Shown: positions 52,209 to 61,897 of the stretch, in pieces | How positions within the stretch are numbered: position 1 is the first letter of the stretch | How the letters are laid out: each line of letters starts with the position of its first letter | Assembly (NCBI GenBank): GCA_963706285.1 | Contig: CAVPLU010000010.1 | Coordinates: 32,001-96,000, forward strand | Direction of reading: 5' to 3' | Length of the DNA: 64,000 nucleotides | From: Candidatus Bathyarchaeota archaeon | GTDB lineage: Archaea > Thermoproteota > Bathyarchaeia > 40CM-2-53-6 | Position numbers and translations under genes: made by a program | The notes under the pieces: model-generated | What the model was told of the DNA's origin: nothing | The model's database searches: none | Seen by the model: only the letters and a program-made list of their open reading frames with translations

Positions 52209-54101
52209 TTGGGCATTCTGAGGTGCCCCCATTTCCGTTTCTTCTGCCTTTGCATTCTTGTCGCGTTTAGTGTTACAGGTGTCCGTGTTCCTGCCGTGGG
52301 GGCAACCTACGCTGAGACAAGCTGGACTACAGTTACAGTGAACGTGAGCCCTTCTACGCCTATTGACATTCATGCTTCAAGCGGCTACGTGAGATCCTAT
52401 CCACGTGATCTAATTGTGAATTATAGCTATGCGATAATAGCATCTGGAAAGAGTTTCCAAATATCGATACACGTCGCTCAATCATTCGCATTCGCAAACG
52501 TAACTGGTACGACGATCCTTGTGAATCCGAAGAAGCCGTTCACGCATGCTATGGGCTTTGATGAGTTGGGGAACGACGTCTTGACCATCAACTTCGACTC
52601 TGAGAGTCCTCTGGGACAGTTCTATTTGACTGTGCTTCAGTATGTGACTGTCTACTCGATCAAGTACACTATCGACCCAGCCAAGGTCGGAAGCTATGAC
52701 AGGAGTTCAGAGCTCTACAAGGTGTACACGAAACCAGCCGAGTTCATTCAGAGCGATAACCCAGAGATAATGGCGACATCGCGGCAAATTGTGGGGGAGG
52801 AAAAGAACCCGTACCTGGCCGCGCTGAGAGTACAGAACTACGTTGTGCAGCACATGACCCGTGATGACGCTTTGCTCCCATGGAGTGCTGAACACGAGGG
52901 CGCGTTGTTCGCTCTACACTCGGGCAAGGGAGTCTGCCGACACTTTCCCGCCTTGTTCACAGCTCTCGCCAGAGCGGCTGGAATCCCCACCATTGACATC
53001 TGGGGATCTACACCAACTGACGGAGGCAACATGGCGGACCCCGGCGATTTGAAACACAACTGGGTGCAATTCTATGTGCCCAACTATGGGTGGATCCCTA
53101 CAGACCCGTCTGATGAAAACGGCCAAGGCGTTGACCAATTCGCTCGGTTACAGGACAATTCACGTGTTCCCGTCATGTCCGTCAACTATTTGGTCCAAAC
53201 AGCGTGGTGGTCAGGAGGAGATGCACAAGCCATCTCAGAGAAGGGAACAATCCTCTTAGGAGAACAGCCGACGATCTCAATACCGCCCTCAACTGTCACG
53301 GCGAGCCTACCGCAGGGCATATCATGGAATACTCTATCCGATGCCAAGGGGGATTTGTCTGATCAGAACGGCAGATCCGTGGGCGATCTGGGCCTGCCGT
53401 ACTTAGACATTAGCAGCCTAGCCGCCGGGTTCGCTGGAGAATCACTATTTTTCCGCTTCGATCTGAACGGCAAAGTTCCCAGCCAGATTGATACCACGCA
53501 CGTTGGCACGATTTGGTATTCGGTGCTTGTTGATGTTGATCCCGATTCCCGCACAGGATACCAGTGGAGCAGCGATTTCACGCCGGACTACACGTTGAAT
53601 GTCGGCATCACGTCGCGAACCCATAGCGTACTCTACTCCTCGATCTGGAAATATGCAGGCAACGGAACAAGTTGGAGCTGGATAACCCTCGACTATAACA
53701 CTCAGCAACCTGTTGTCGCTGGCGGAAGCGGACAAGATTCCTTTATCCTAAGTTGTCGGTATGGAGATATTTCGGTTTCTGGAGGATCGAAGATCCGGTT
53801 GTTTGCTCGAAGCGGCATTATGTACGATGGCAAGACATACAATGACTTGGTTCCTGACAAGGGCACCCTCACCGTGACCATGCCTTCGTCCACAGTGACA
53901 ACAATGTTCTCCGGAACCGCTGTAGCGACGACGACGCCATCCACCGTAACCAGCACGACGGGAAGCGCTGTCTCCGCTCCTCCCACTGCAGGCGTAGACA
54001 TGAGCCTAACGCTGCTTTTCGCTGTACTCGGCATAGCCGTCGTTGGAATCATCATATTCGTGATCAGAAAACAGCGACCAAGCGCTAAAAGCGAATCCTA
54101 A
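52209..54101 (+). CDS. transglutaminase-like domain surface protein
   Basis: GVCRHF..ARAAGIP, HNWVQFY and GWIPTDPS (Cys-His-Asp triad); Thr-rich linker and C-terminal TM. Confidence 0.85.
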   Translation: MGILRCPHFRFFCLCILVAFSVTGVRVPAVGATYAETSWTTVTVNVSPSTPIDIHASSGYVRSYPRDLIVNYSYAIIASGKSFQISIHVAQSFAFANVTGTTILVNPKKPFTHAMGFDELGNDVLTINFDSESPLGQFYLTVLQYVTVYSIKYTIDPAKVGSYDRSSELYKVYTKPAEFIQSDNPEIMATSRQIVGEEKNPYLAALRVQNYVVQHMTRDDALLPWSAEHEGALFALHSGKGVCRHFPALFTALARAAGIPTIDIWGSTPTDGGNMADPGDLKHNWVQFYVPNYGWIPTDPSDENGQGVDQFARLQDNSRVPVMSVNYLVQTAWWSGGDAQAISEKGTILLGEQPTISIPPSTVTASLPQGISWNTLSDAKGDLSDQNGRSVGDLGLPYLDISSLAAGFAGESLFFRFDLNGKVPSQIDTTHVGTIWYSVLVDVDPDSRTGYQWSSDFTPDYTLNVGITSRTHSVLYSSIWKYAGNGTSWSWITLDYNTQQPVVAGGSGQDSFILSCRYGDISVSGGSKIRLFARSGIMYDGKTYNDLVPDKGTLTVTMPSSTVTTMFSGTAVATTTPSTVTSTTGSAVSAPPTAGVDMSLTLLFAVLGIAVVGIIIFVIRKQRPSAKSES

Positions 54102-54175
54102 CTTGGACTTGAGTCGAATCTCAAGTTGTCAAAGGGCTGACCAGGACGCGGAGAGAGGGACCCGCTCAAAGCTCA

Positions 54176-54295
54176 TGATGGACCGGGCGGGATCTGGACC
54201 CGCGACCTTCAGAGGCACCTGTCTAGGTCCTAATCTTGATCGATTTAGTGAAGAACGGTATCTGCCCCTAGTGAGGAGCAAGTACCACCGGACCT
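54176..54295 (-). pseudogene. degenerate tRNA-Ala-like element
   Basis: Minus strand GGTCCGGTGG...GAAGGTCGCGGGTCCAGATCCCGCCCGGTCCATCA; intact T-stem, mutated T-loop and CCA, oversized middle. Confidence 0.5.
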
Positions 54296-54412
54296 CACCT
54301 TCCATTTCGCTGTTACGCACCACTAGACATATCGCACACGCTAAGATAGTTCGAAGGTTCAGGGGGCTTCAGTCTGCAGCGACCAGCAATTGAGTCAAAG
54401 ATCCAATCCATC

Positions 54413-55423
54413 TTGGACAAGGCGTTAGCAGGCGATGAAATAGATCGTGAACAAGCGTCGCAGCTTCTGAAGACAGACGACAAGTCACCCGAAATGTATG
54501 CCATCATTTCAACGGCAAATACCCTGACGAGGAGACAGTATGGTGACAGAGGCGAAGTCTATGGTACGGTTGGGATAAACCTCTGGCCTTGTCCCAGGAG
54601 TTGCGCTTTCTGCTCCTTTGGAGCAAAGTGGAACTTGATCGAGGCACCGGTCGAATTCACTCTCGAAGAAGTTGTTGCTAGGGCAAAGTCGCTGGAAGAC
54701 GATGGCGTGAATGCTATTTTTCTGATGACCACTGCAGACTACCCGTTTGACCGCTACGTCGAGATCGCTAAGGCCGTGAGGAGAGCTCTCTCGGCGAAGA
54801 TGCCGATGGTGGCGAACGTAGGCGACTTTGGATCCGACAAAGCCAAGGATCTGGTCGACGCAGGATTTCAGGCCGTATACCATGTCCACAGATTGGGAGA
54901 AGGCAAGGACACTGGAATAAGCACTGAAGAGAGACTGCAGACCATAGGTGCTGCGCGAGATGTAGGACTCGACCTCAGCTACTGCGTTGAACCCATTGGA
55001 CCTGAACACACTCCGGCAGAATTGGTTGCCGAAATGTTTCGAGGAAGAGAGTTCAATGCGGTCAACCTCGCTTGTATGTGGAGAGTTCCTGTGCCAGGGC
55101 TTCCGCTTTCGAAGTTCGGGAGAATTTCTGAGGTGACCTTGGCCAAGACTGTTGCAGTGACAAGGATAGTGGCTGGTGATTCCATCAAGGCAATGGGTGT
55201 TCATGAACCCAGAATTCTCCCTCTAATCGCCGGTGCCAACCAGATCTATGCACAGACGGCCGGCTTTTCGCCCCGAAGGCGCCCCATTCTCAAAGACTCG
55301 GACGAGGAATCGTCGAAGAGAAAGGGTTACTCTGTTGAAGACTGTAGGAACCTGCTCAGAGAAGCAGGCTACGTCCCTCTCGAAGGCCCTACGAAGGTGT
55401 TTCGGGGCAACTGGTCGTCCTAG
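54413..55423 (+). CDS. BioB/HydE-like radical SAM protein
   Basis: CPRSCAFC, YHVHRLGEG and AGAN motifs; biotin-synthase-like architecture. Confidence 0.75.
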   Translation: MDKALAGDEIDREQASQLLKTDDKSPEMYAIISTANTLTRRQYGDRGEVYGTVGINLWPCPRSCAFCSFGAKWNLIEAPVEFTLEEVVARAKSLEDDGVNAIFLMTTADYPFDRYVEIAKAVRRALSAKMPMVANVGDFGSDKAKDLVDAGFQAVYHVHRLGEGKDTGISTEERLQTIGAARDVGLDLSYCVEPIGPEHTPAELVAEMFRGREFNAVNLACMWRVPVPGLPLSKFGRISEVTLAKTVAVTRIVAGDSIKAMGVHEPRILPLIAGANQIYAQTAGFSPRRRPILKDSDEESSKRKGYSVEDCRNLLREAGYVPLEGPTKVFRGNWSS

Positions 55424-55672
55424 GGCCGAACAGGTCGATACAAGGTCATGCGCGTGGCTGGTTGACTTTGGGATGTCACGCCGGCAACGCAAAAAAACCA
55501 TTGGAATAGCGAAGAATTTGATCCCGTCGTCATACCCTGGAATCGAAAATGACATCCGGGCACTTGCAATTCCCGAGATAAGACAAGTTGAATGAGAGAC
55601 CTCACATCTTCAGTCCAAAGCGCTATAATCCCTGTTGCTGCCTCTACTCAGTTGATTCATGTTGGATGCAAA

Positions 55673-56041
55673 ATGCGAATAGCAACAGCCGAAGACGCAG
55701 AGAGCCTAGTGAGGAAATACTTACTCGGCACCAGAACTTCTCACGGGAAAATCTCCACTTTGTCGGCCGAAGAGAAGACCGAGGGCCCGGACAATCAGGG
55801 CACGTGGAGAGTCAAAGGAACATACCTCACGGAGGCAGGCATCAGATCAAAATTCTCGGCCAGCGTCTCGTCGCGCGGCGAAGTGTTGATCACTAGCTCA
55901 AGTTCCACTAAATCGAAAAGGCAATCCGGCAGAAGTGATGTGGGACGTAAGTTGACCAGCACAGAATACGCTGCAAGAAGGCGGCGAAGAAAGAAACAAA
56001 CCCCTGGGAAGCGCACCAAACCACGCAGAAATATTGCCTGA
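55673..56041 (+). CDS. hypothetical protein (PepSY-like N-terminus, basic tail)
   Basis: TAEDAESLVRKYL...WRVKG...VSSRGEV, Arg/Lys-rich C-terminus. Confidence 0.5.
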   Translation: MRIATAEDAESLVRKYLLGTRTSHGKISTLSAEEKTEGPDNQGTWRVKGTYLTEAGIRSKFSASVSSRGEVLITSSSSTKSKRQSGRSDVGRKLTSTEYAARRRRRKKQTPGKRTKPRRNIA

Positions 56042-56518
56042 CACAGAGACGGCAGCCTTACGTCGGTACGTCTACGGTGCCTACAATCTTCGTTCCCTGA
56101 ACAGTCTTTCAAGAAGCACCGGCAAGTCCTCATGATTCTTTGTAGCTTGGTCATCCAAGCTTACTTGCTGTTCTCGAGTAAGTAACTGCCAAGAGTGAGC
56201 GATCTCGTCAGTAGTCTCGTATGTGTGAACTCCACCCGGTCTTCTATCATGCCGGCGAACGGCCGCGCTAATCCTTGCCATAGCGCAAAGATGGTCCGGC
56301 GGCTACAATAAGGTCTCGGTTCAGGTCGCGAAGCTGTGTTCCGTTTTTCCTATGATATCATGTCCAGGGATATTCAGTGCTTCTTACGCTGACGGGCTTG
56401 ACGGGCCTTCGCAATCGATCGAAAACGAGTCTATTCATGGCGATTGGTTGGCCAAAACGAGTGTTTGGTCTCTTCCTTATAGCTCGCAATGCAGCTACTG
56501 GTAATGAAGATCGTAGTG

Positions 56519-56650
56519 ATGACGTTTCCAGCAAGATGCAAGAAATGCGGCGGTCCTATATTGTCGGTGGGATTGCTTTCTGGAAGCGACCTTTGTATGG
56601 GTTGTGCCAGAATCGTAACTGCTAGGAAAATGAGCCTCACTCTAGAGTAA
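56519..56650 (+). CDS. putative 43-aa zinc-finger protein
   Basis: MTFPARCKKCGGPILSVGLLSGSDLCMGCARIV...; directly upstream of hflX. Confidence 0.5.
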   Translation: MTFPARCKKCGGPILSVGLLSGSDLCMGCARIVTARKMSLTLE

Positions 56651-56677
56651 ACTGCGTATGTTCTGCAATCAAAGTTC

Positions 56678-57793
56678 GTGCGGGATTTGAAAGCGCTTTT
56701 AGTGGAATGTATTCTTCCTCGAAGCAAATCGCGAATCGATGAAGTGAACGACATAGCGAAAGCTGCTGGCTACGATGTGGTCGGTCAAGTCACGCAGCAT
56801 CGAGACTCGGTGGATTCAGCCTATTGTGTAGGCAAAGGGAAAATTGATGAGATCAAGGAGACTGTCACGGAAGACTCGATCGAGGCGATAATATTCACGC
56901 GACAACTTTCGGCAGGTCAAATATTCCGAATCCAGAGGAAGCTTGGTGATGTTCTCGTTCTCGACAGAAACCTGCTCATTCTGGAAGTTTTCGAGAAGCG
57001 CTGCGCCACGACTGAAGCTAGGCTGCAGATTGCATTGGCGCGGCTCCGATACACGTTCTCTTGGGGCAGAGAATCAATTCGAATGCACGGTATTGCAAGT
57101 GAGCAGATGGGAAGGGGAGGGCCGGGTCAGTATCCATATGAAGTCTATGAAGCGGTGTCGCGCAAACGAATAAGCAAGATCGAAGGGGAGCTTCGTGATA
57201 TTAGATCGAAGAGCAACCGTCTTCGTGAACATCGAGGAAAGGCTGGCTTCCAAATCGTAGCGTTGACAGGGTACACTCAAAGTGGCAAGACCACGCTGTT
57301 CAACAGACTCGCGTCGGAATCGAAGGAAATAGGTTTGGGACCATTTACGACGCTCTCTACATTTGCACGTAAGGTCTCCCCAAATGGGAGAGGGGATTCT
57401 TCTGACTCCTTCATCATGATTGATTCTATTGGGTTCATTGAAGATCTTAGTCCTCTGCTGCTAAGCGCTTTCCACACCACGCTGAATGAACTTGCAAATT
57501 CTGATCTTGTTCTCCTCTTCGTAGATGGTAGCGATGACCTGGAAACGGTGATACGAAAGATCACGGCTTCTCATGAGATCATGAGTAAGGAAATGCACGG
57601 CGTTCCTGTTTTGATCTGCATCAACAAAGTGGACCTTGTGACTCGTGAACATTTAGACAAGGTGCTCGCGGAGACTCGCAAGATATTCGCGGAAGATGAA
57701 ATACTCGAAATAAGTGCGAAGACTGGAGCTAACGTACCAAGTCTCCTGCAGAAAGTTGCTGAAAGGTTAATGCCGACGGTTCAGGCAACGTGA
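56678..57793 (+). CDS. hflX: GTPase HflX
   Basis: GKGK, LDRNLLILEVF, EARLQIALA, GYTQSGKT, DSIGFI, NKVD and SAK motifs. Confidence 0.92.
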   Translation: MRDLKALLVECILPRSKSRIDEVNDIAKAAGYDVVGQVTQHRDSVDSAYCVGKGKIDEIKETVTEDSIEAIIFTRQLSAGQIFRIQRKLGDVLVLDRNLLILEVFEKRCATTEARLQIALARLRYTFSWGRESIRMHGIASEQMGRGGPGQYPYEVYEAVSRKRISKIEGELRDIRSKSNRLREHRGKAGFQIVALTGYTQSGKTTLFNRLASESKEIGLGPFTTLSTFARKVSPNGRGDSSDSFIMIDSIGFIEDLSPLLLSAFHTTLNELANSDLVLLFVDGSDDLETVIRKITASHEIMSKEMHGVPVLICINKVDLVTREHLDKVLAETRKIFAEDEILEISAKTGANVPSLLQKVAERLMPTVQAT

Positions 57794-58056
57794 TCTCTCC
57801 AGTCTAGGTGCACACGCTCTCTGGTGCGCACACAGGTCATCACTGCAGAGAGGATTCTGGGAGAATAGGAGGATTTGTGTGTGCGGACCACGAGAGCACA
57901 CAACTTCAGAATCGCTTCTGCATGCTACGGCATAGGATCACTTGGATGGATTTGCAGAGATCCATGGCGTGATAACAGAATCTCATATATGGAGCGAATA
58001 GCTCCGCCCTCGGAATCAGTTGAATTCAGGGCTAGTGGGCGATATTACTGAAACTC

Positions 58057-58971
58057 GTGAAGCATGAGCGTAATCCGATCATTGCTCCTAGACCATCTCA
58101 CAATTGGGAGGTTAATGGAACATTCAATCCTGGGGCAATTGTGGATGGTGGAGCTGTTCATCTTCTTTACCGGGCAGTGGATCAAAACATGATATCGCGC
58201 CTTGGCTACGCACGGACCGTCAACGGAACAGAAATAGGCTTCCGCTCTTCGAGTCCAGTTCTTGAACCGTCTGCTGATTGGGAGGAATTCGGTTGTGAGG
58301 ATCCTCGCATAACAGCACTTGATGGGATATTCTGCGTAACATACACTGCCTATTCGCGACGCGGCCCCCGAATCGCTTTGGCCTCAACCGAAGATTTCAC
58401 TCACTTCCAGAGGTATGGGCTAGTTGGACCAAAACGCGACGACAAGGACTGTGTCCTTTTTCCTGAGAGAATGGATGGAAAGATCGCTCTGTTGCATCGA
58501 CTCGAATCCAAGGTTCAGATCGCTTACTTTGATGATCTCAGCTCTCTCACTGAATCTCAGGAGTTTTGGAGGAAATATCTGAATCATTACAATGAATATG
58601 AGGTTCTGAGGGGAAGATTTCCGTGGGAGGTAAGGAAAGTTGGCATAGGTCCTCCCCCGATAAAGACAGAACGCGGCTGGCTTGTAATCTATCACGGAGT
58701 CAGCATCGAACGTATCTACCGTGCCGGAGCGATTCTGCTTGATCTCGACAAGCCGACGAAGACCCTCGCTCGCACTAGTGAACCGATCCTAGAACCCGAG
58801 ACCGAGTTCGAAAAGCACGGTATCGTTCCAAACGTGGTGTTCCCAGACGGAGCTGTGGTGCGAGACAAACAACTACTCGTCTACTATGGTGGAGCTGATC
58901 GGGTCTGCTGTGTCGCCAGCGCCCCCATCGATGAGTTCCTAGATGAGCTAGAAAAAGAGGCCGAGTCGTGA
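58057..58971 (+). CDS. GH130 glycosidase/phosphorylase (PH1107-like)
   Basis: FNPGA, GCEDPR, DKD..LFP, YHGV and PNVVFP motifs. Confidence 0.88.
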   Translation: MKHERNPIIAPRPSHNWEVNGTFNPGAIVDGGAVHLLYRAVDQNMISRLGYARTVNGTEIGFRSSSPVLEPSADWEEFGCEDPRITALDGIFCVTYTAYSRRGPRIALASTEDFTHFQRYGLVGPKRDDKDCVLFPERMDGKIALLHRLESKVQIAYFDDLSSLTESQEFWRKYLNHYNEYEVLRGRFPWEVRKVGIGPPPIKTERGWLVIYHGVSIERIYRAGAILLDLDKPTKTLARTSEPILEPETEFEKHGIVPNVVFPDGAVVRDKQLLVYYGGADRVCCVASAPIDEFLDELEKEAES

Positions 58972-58978
58972 TCCAGAT

Positions 58979-60061
58979 TCATTCTTTACTGAAATTCTCG
59001 ATGAGAGCCTCTGCTGCAAGGAGAAACGCTAGGGTGGACTCCGCTCCCTGGTTTTCATTCAGACCTGCCTCATTGATTCCGTCGGAACATGCGCCTGTCG
59101 ACTCGTCATAGACCTTAACCGTCTTGGTGTTATTACCAAAGAACCAGCCCAAAGCTTGCTGTATGGCTTGCTCATATGATTCAGACTCAGTGAGTCTGTA
59201 GGCAATCGCTGCAGTTTCAATCATTCCGCCGGCTTCAATCGGCTGCTGATCGTAGGAGGCTCTTCGTGCACCTTTCACGTACCAGCCTTGGTTTCCGATC
59301 GGTGCGTGCATTCCATCGATTGTTGTGGCCTTCATTAGGAATCGAAGGGACTCCTCTGCCACATCAAGATAGACTCGTTTCCGTGTCGACTGATATGCGA
59401 CGAGCAACGCCTGACTCAGCCGCGCGTTGTCATAAGATAGAATATTCTCGAACCATTGCCAATCCGTGACTCGATTATTGTTGTATAATGCAACTAGACT
59501 GTCAGCGATTTCCTCTAGATTGGTCATGAGATTAGCCTCTTTTGTTTCCGAGCAGAGGCGCTCATGGAGGCCTAAGCAAGCATACGCCTTCGTTCGCGGG
59601 GATGTTGACTCTCTGACCCAAGGTAACGCTCTATCAAAGATGAGTCGTGCAGAAGCTCGCATACCACTTTGAAGATCGGAATTGATGACTCTTCCAGCCC
59701 CCCAGATAGCCCGACCGAGATGATCGCCTACTGTTGGTTCATCGGCAATCCTCTGGGAGAAGTCCATGAAATTGTGAAACTTTCCATTTTCCTCTTGCAT
59801 GAGGAGTAGGAAACTCAGTAGCTTGCGCTGCAACTTCGGAAGCCTCTGATCCGGCCAGAGTTTGATCGCTTTGGAGGCGAACACGAGCGCACGGGCGTTA
59901 TCGTCTACCATGTACCCTTCCTTTCTCACCATGACTGAGAACTTTGCGTGCTGGAGGAGCGCGATGTGGTCGGTTATGGAAAGGAGATGGTCAAGCTTCA
60001 CTGACTGTCGCAGTTTCATGCACTGCTCTTCGAGACTGCGTCGCAGGTTTGGGGATGTCAC
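58979..60061 (-). CDS. six-hairpin glycosidase-like protein associated with GT4
   Basis: LLQHA..GYMVDDNARAL, WFENILSYDNA, DQQPIEA and NENQGAEST motifs. Confidence 0.8.
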   Translation of the reverse strand: MTSPNLRRSLEEQCMKLRQSVKLDHLLSITDHIALLQHAKFSVMVRKEGYMVDDNARALVFASKAIKLWPDQRLPKLQRKLLSFLLLMQEENGKFHNFMDFSQRIADEPTVGDHLGRAIWGAGRVINSDLQSGMRASARLIFDRALPWVRESTSPRTKAYACLGLHERLCSETKEANLMTNLEEIADSLVALYNNNRVTDWQWFENILSYDNARLSQALLVAYQSTRKRVYLDVAEESLRFLMKATTIDGMHAPIGNQGWYVKGARRASYDQQPIEAGGMIETAAIAYRLTESESYEQAIQQALGWFFGNNTKTVKVYDESTGACSDGINEAGLNENQGAESTLAFLLAAEALIENFSKE

Positions 60062-60145
60062 TGCATTGGTCAGCTGCCTTTCTCCATACCATTTATTGCC
60101 AATACTTGAAGTCGCTCGATTCTTTCAGATGACTCTACACGGACT

Positions 60146-61756
60146 TCAGAGACCAAGGGCGTGGTAGAATACATTGACGTAACTCATGGCTACGTTTGGC
60201 CATATCATAGCTCTGCTGTACTCATAGGCCGTTCTGCCAAACCTCTGTTGAGTTTGATTGTCTTTGAGGAGCATATTCACCTGTTCAGCTATGGAGTCCG
60301 GATTCTTGAATTCGCATTTCAAGGCTGCACCATTAGATATCACTTCTTCGGCTTGAAGAAAGGGAGTTGTGGCAATGGCTCTGCCTGTGCTTAGAGCGTA
60401 TGAGAGTGTTCCGCTGCTGATCTGTTCTCGATTCGGGTATGGGAGAATATAGATGTCGGTCGCTTGAAGGTACCTTATCAACTCATTTTCTGCCAGAAAC
60501 CGATTTACGAATCTGACATTCTTCTCCAATCCAAGTGACTCGACCATATCTAAGAGCAGTTGTCGGTACGATTCGCCTTCGATTTTCCTGACTTCTGGGT
60601 GCGTCTCGCCGATAATGAGATACAGGATGGATGGATGCTCTTTCACTATCTGTGGGAGCGCTCTTATCGCATATTCTATTCCCTTTCCGCGACTCAGCAA
60701 CCCGAAAGTCGAGAGGACGACTCGATCGTTCAACCCCAGGCTTCGTTTTGTCATTTCAGTTCCAATGAAAGGCACATTTGGACATCCGTGAGGTATGTAT
60801 CGGATTCTATCCAAGTGAGTGCCATAGTGTTGTTCCAGTATTCCTATACCGGCCTTTGCCATCACAACAACAAAATCACTGTGTTCAAGAATTTGTTCCA
60901 ATACTGTCTTTGCATCGGGAGCCGGCTCCTCAAGGAGCGTGTGAAGAGTGGTAACAACGGGTTTCTCAATTCGTCCTAGGAGTTCAGTAACGTACTCGCC
61001 CCATTCTCCGCCGAATATGCCGTACTCGTGCTGCAGGTTTACAACATCTATGTCTGAAGCGTTGATGTACTGAGCGGCCTTCTCGTATGATTCTATGTCT
61101 ACGGCATCGATCTGAGACTTCACTCGAATCTCATAGTCATAGTGTCCGCCTCTATCGTTGACTGCAATGACAGCTGGAGATGTCACGGCTCGTGCACAAA
61201 ACGTGGAGCTAGCGTCGACTAGATGCTTAGTGTACGTTGCTATTCCACATTCGCGGGGGGGATATGTGCTCACGTACGCGACTCGTATTCTGTGGAGTTC
61301 ATGACCATCTTTCGTTTCAAGAGAACCTAGAGCTTTCGTCATGTAGTGACCGTGGGCGATCTCCAGCAATCTTCTTTCTGTGGTGAGGCCAACTAGGGCG
61401 CCCTCTTTTGTAATAATCAGCTTTCTGATGTTGTGCCTATGTAGCGTGTCCAAGGCATCTGCTATCGTTCGTTCAGCGTCAATCGTTACAAGATGTTTTG
61501 TCATTACGTCTCTGGCAAGTGTTAGTTCAGGGTTCTTCCCAGCTTTGATGACTCTTTCCAGCATGTCTTTTTCGGTGATTATCCCCACGGGTTGGTCGTT
61601 CTCAACAACCACAATGGACCCGACATCTTCCCTTGTCATCAAATCCATTACTGTTGAGGTTGTGTCCAGAGGAGAAACCGTGGGTGGTTCAGTTCTCATA
61701 TTGGTTTCTACAGATAGGCCAAGAATTTCCTTCAAGTATGAGCCTGATTCACCCAT
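60146..61756 (-). CDS. CBS-pair / GT4 glycosyltransferase fusion
   Basis: Two CBS domains, then STYPPRECGIATY, QHEYGIFGG, KGIE and SGTLSYA. Confidence 0.88.
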   Translation of the reverse strand: MGESGSYLKEILGLSVETNMRTEPPTVSPLDTTSTVMDLMTREDVGSIVVVENDQPVGIITEKDMLERVIKAGKNPELTLARDVMTKHLVTIDAERTIADALDTLHRHNIRKLIITKEGALVGLTTERRLLEIAHGHYMTKALGSLETKDGHELHRIRVAYVSTYPPRECGIATYTKHLVDASSTFCARAVTSPAVIAVNDRGGHYDYEIRVKSQIDAVDIESYEKAAQYINASDIDVVNLQHEYGIFGGEWGEYVTELLGRIEKPVVTTLHTLLEEPAPDAKTVLEQILEHSDFVVVMAKAGIGILEQHYGTHLDRIRYIPHGCPNVPFIGTEMTKRSLGLNDRVVLSTFGLLSRGKGIEYAIRALPQIVKEHPSILYLIIGETHPEVRKIEGESYRQLLLDMVESLGLEKNVRFVNRFLAENELIRYLQATDIYILPYPNREQISSGTLSYALSTGRAIATTPFLQAEEVISNGAALKCEFKNPDSIAEQVNMLLKDNQTQQRFGRTAYEYSRAMIWPNVAMSYVNVFYHALGL

Positions 61757-61897
61757 TTCTCTCGCTTAGCCTGTGGGGGATCTTGCTATTATCATAGTAG
61801 CCCGACTGGACAGAGGAAGATCCATCCCGGTTGCCTACCGTGTGTATGGTAGCTTGGTGAGCTCACACAAAACGGAGGTCTAAATCCGGTAAGTGCT

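Noticed and set aside
56081-56281. 66-aa minus-strand ORF
   Set aside because: Plausible but has no motif or context support.
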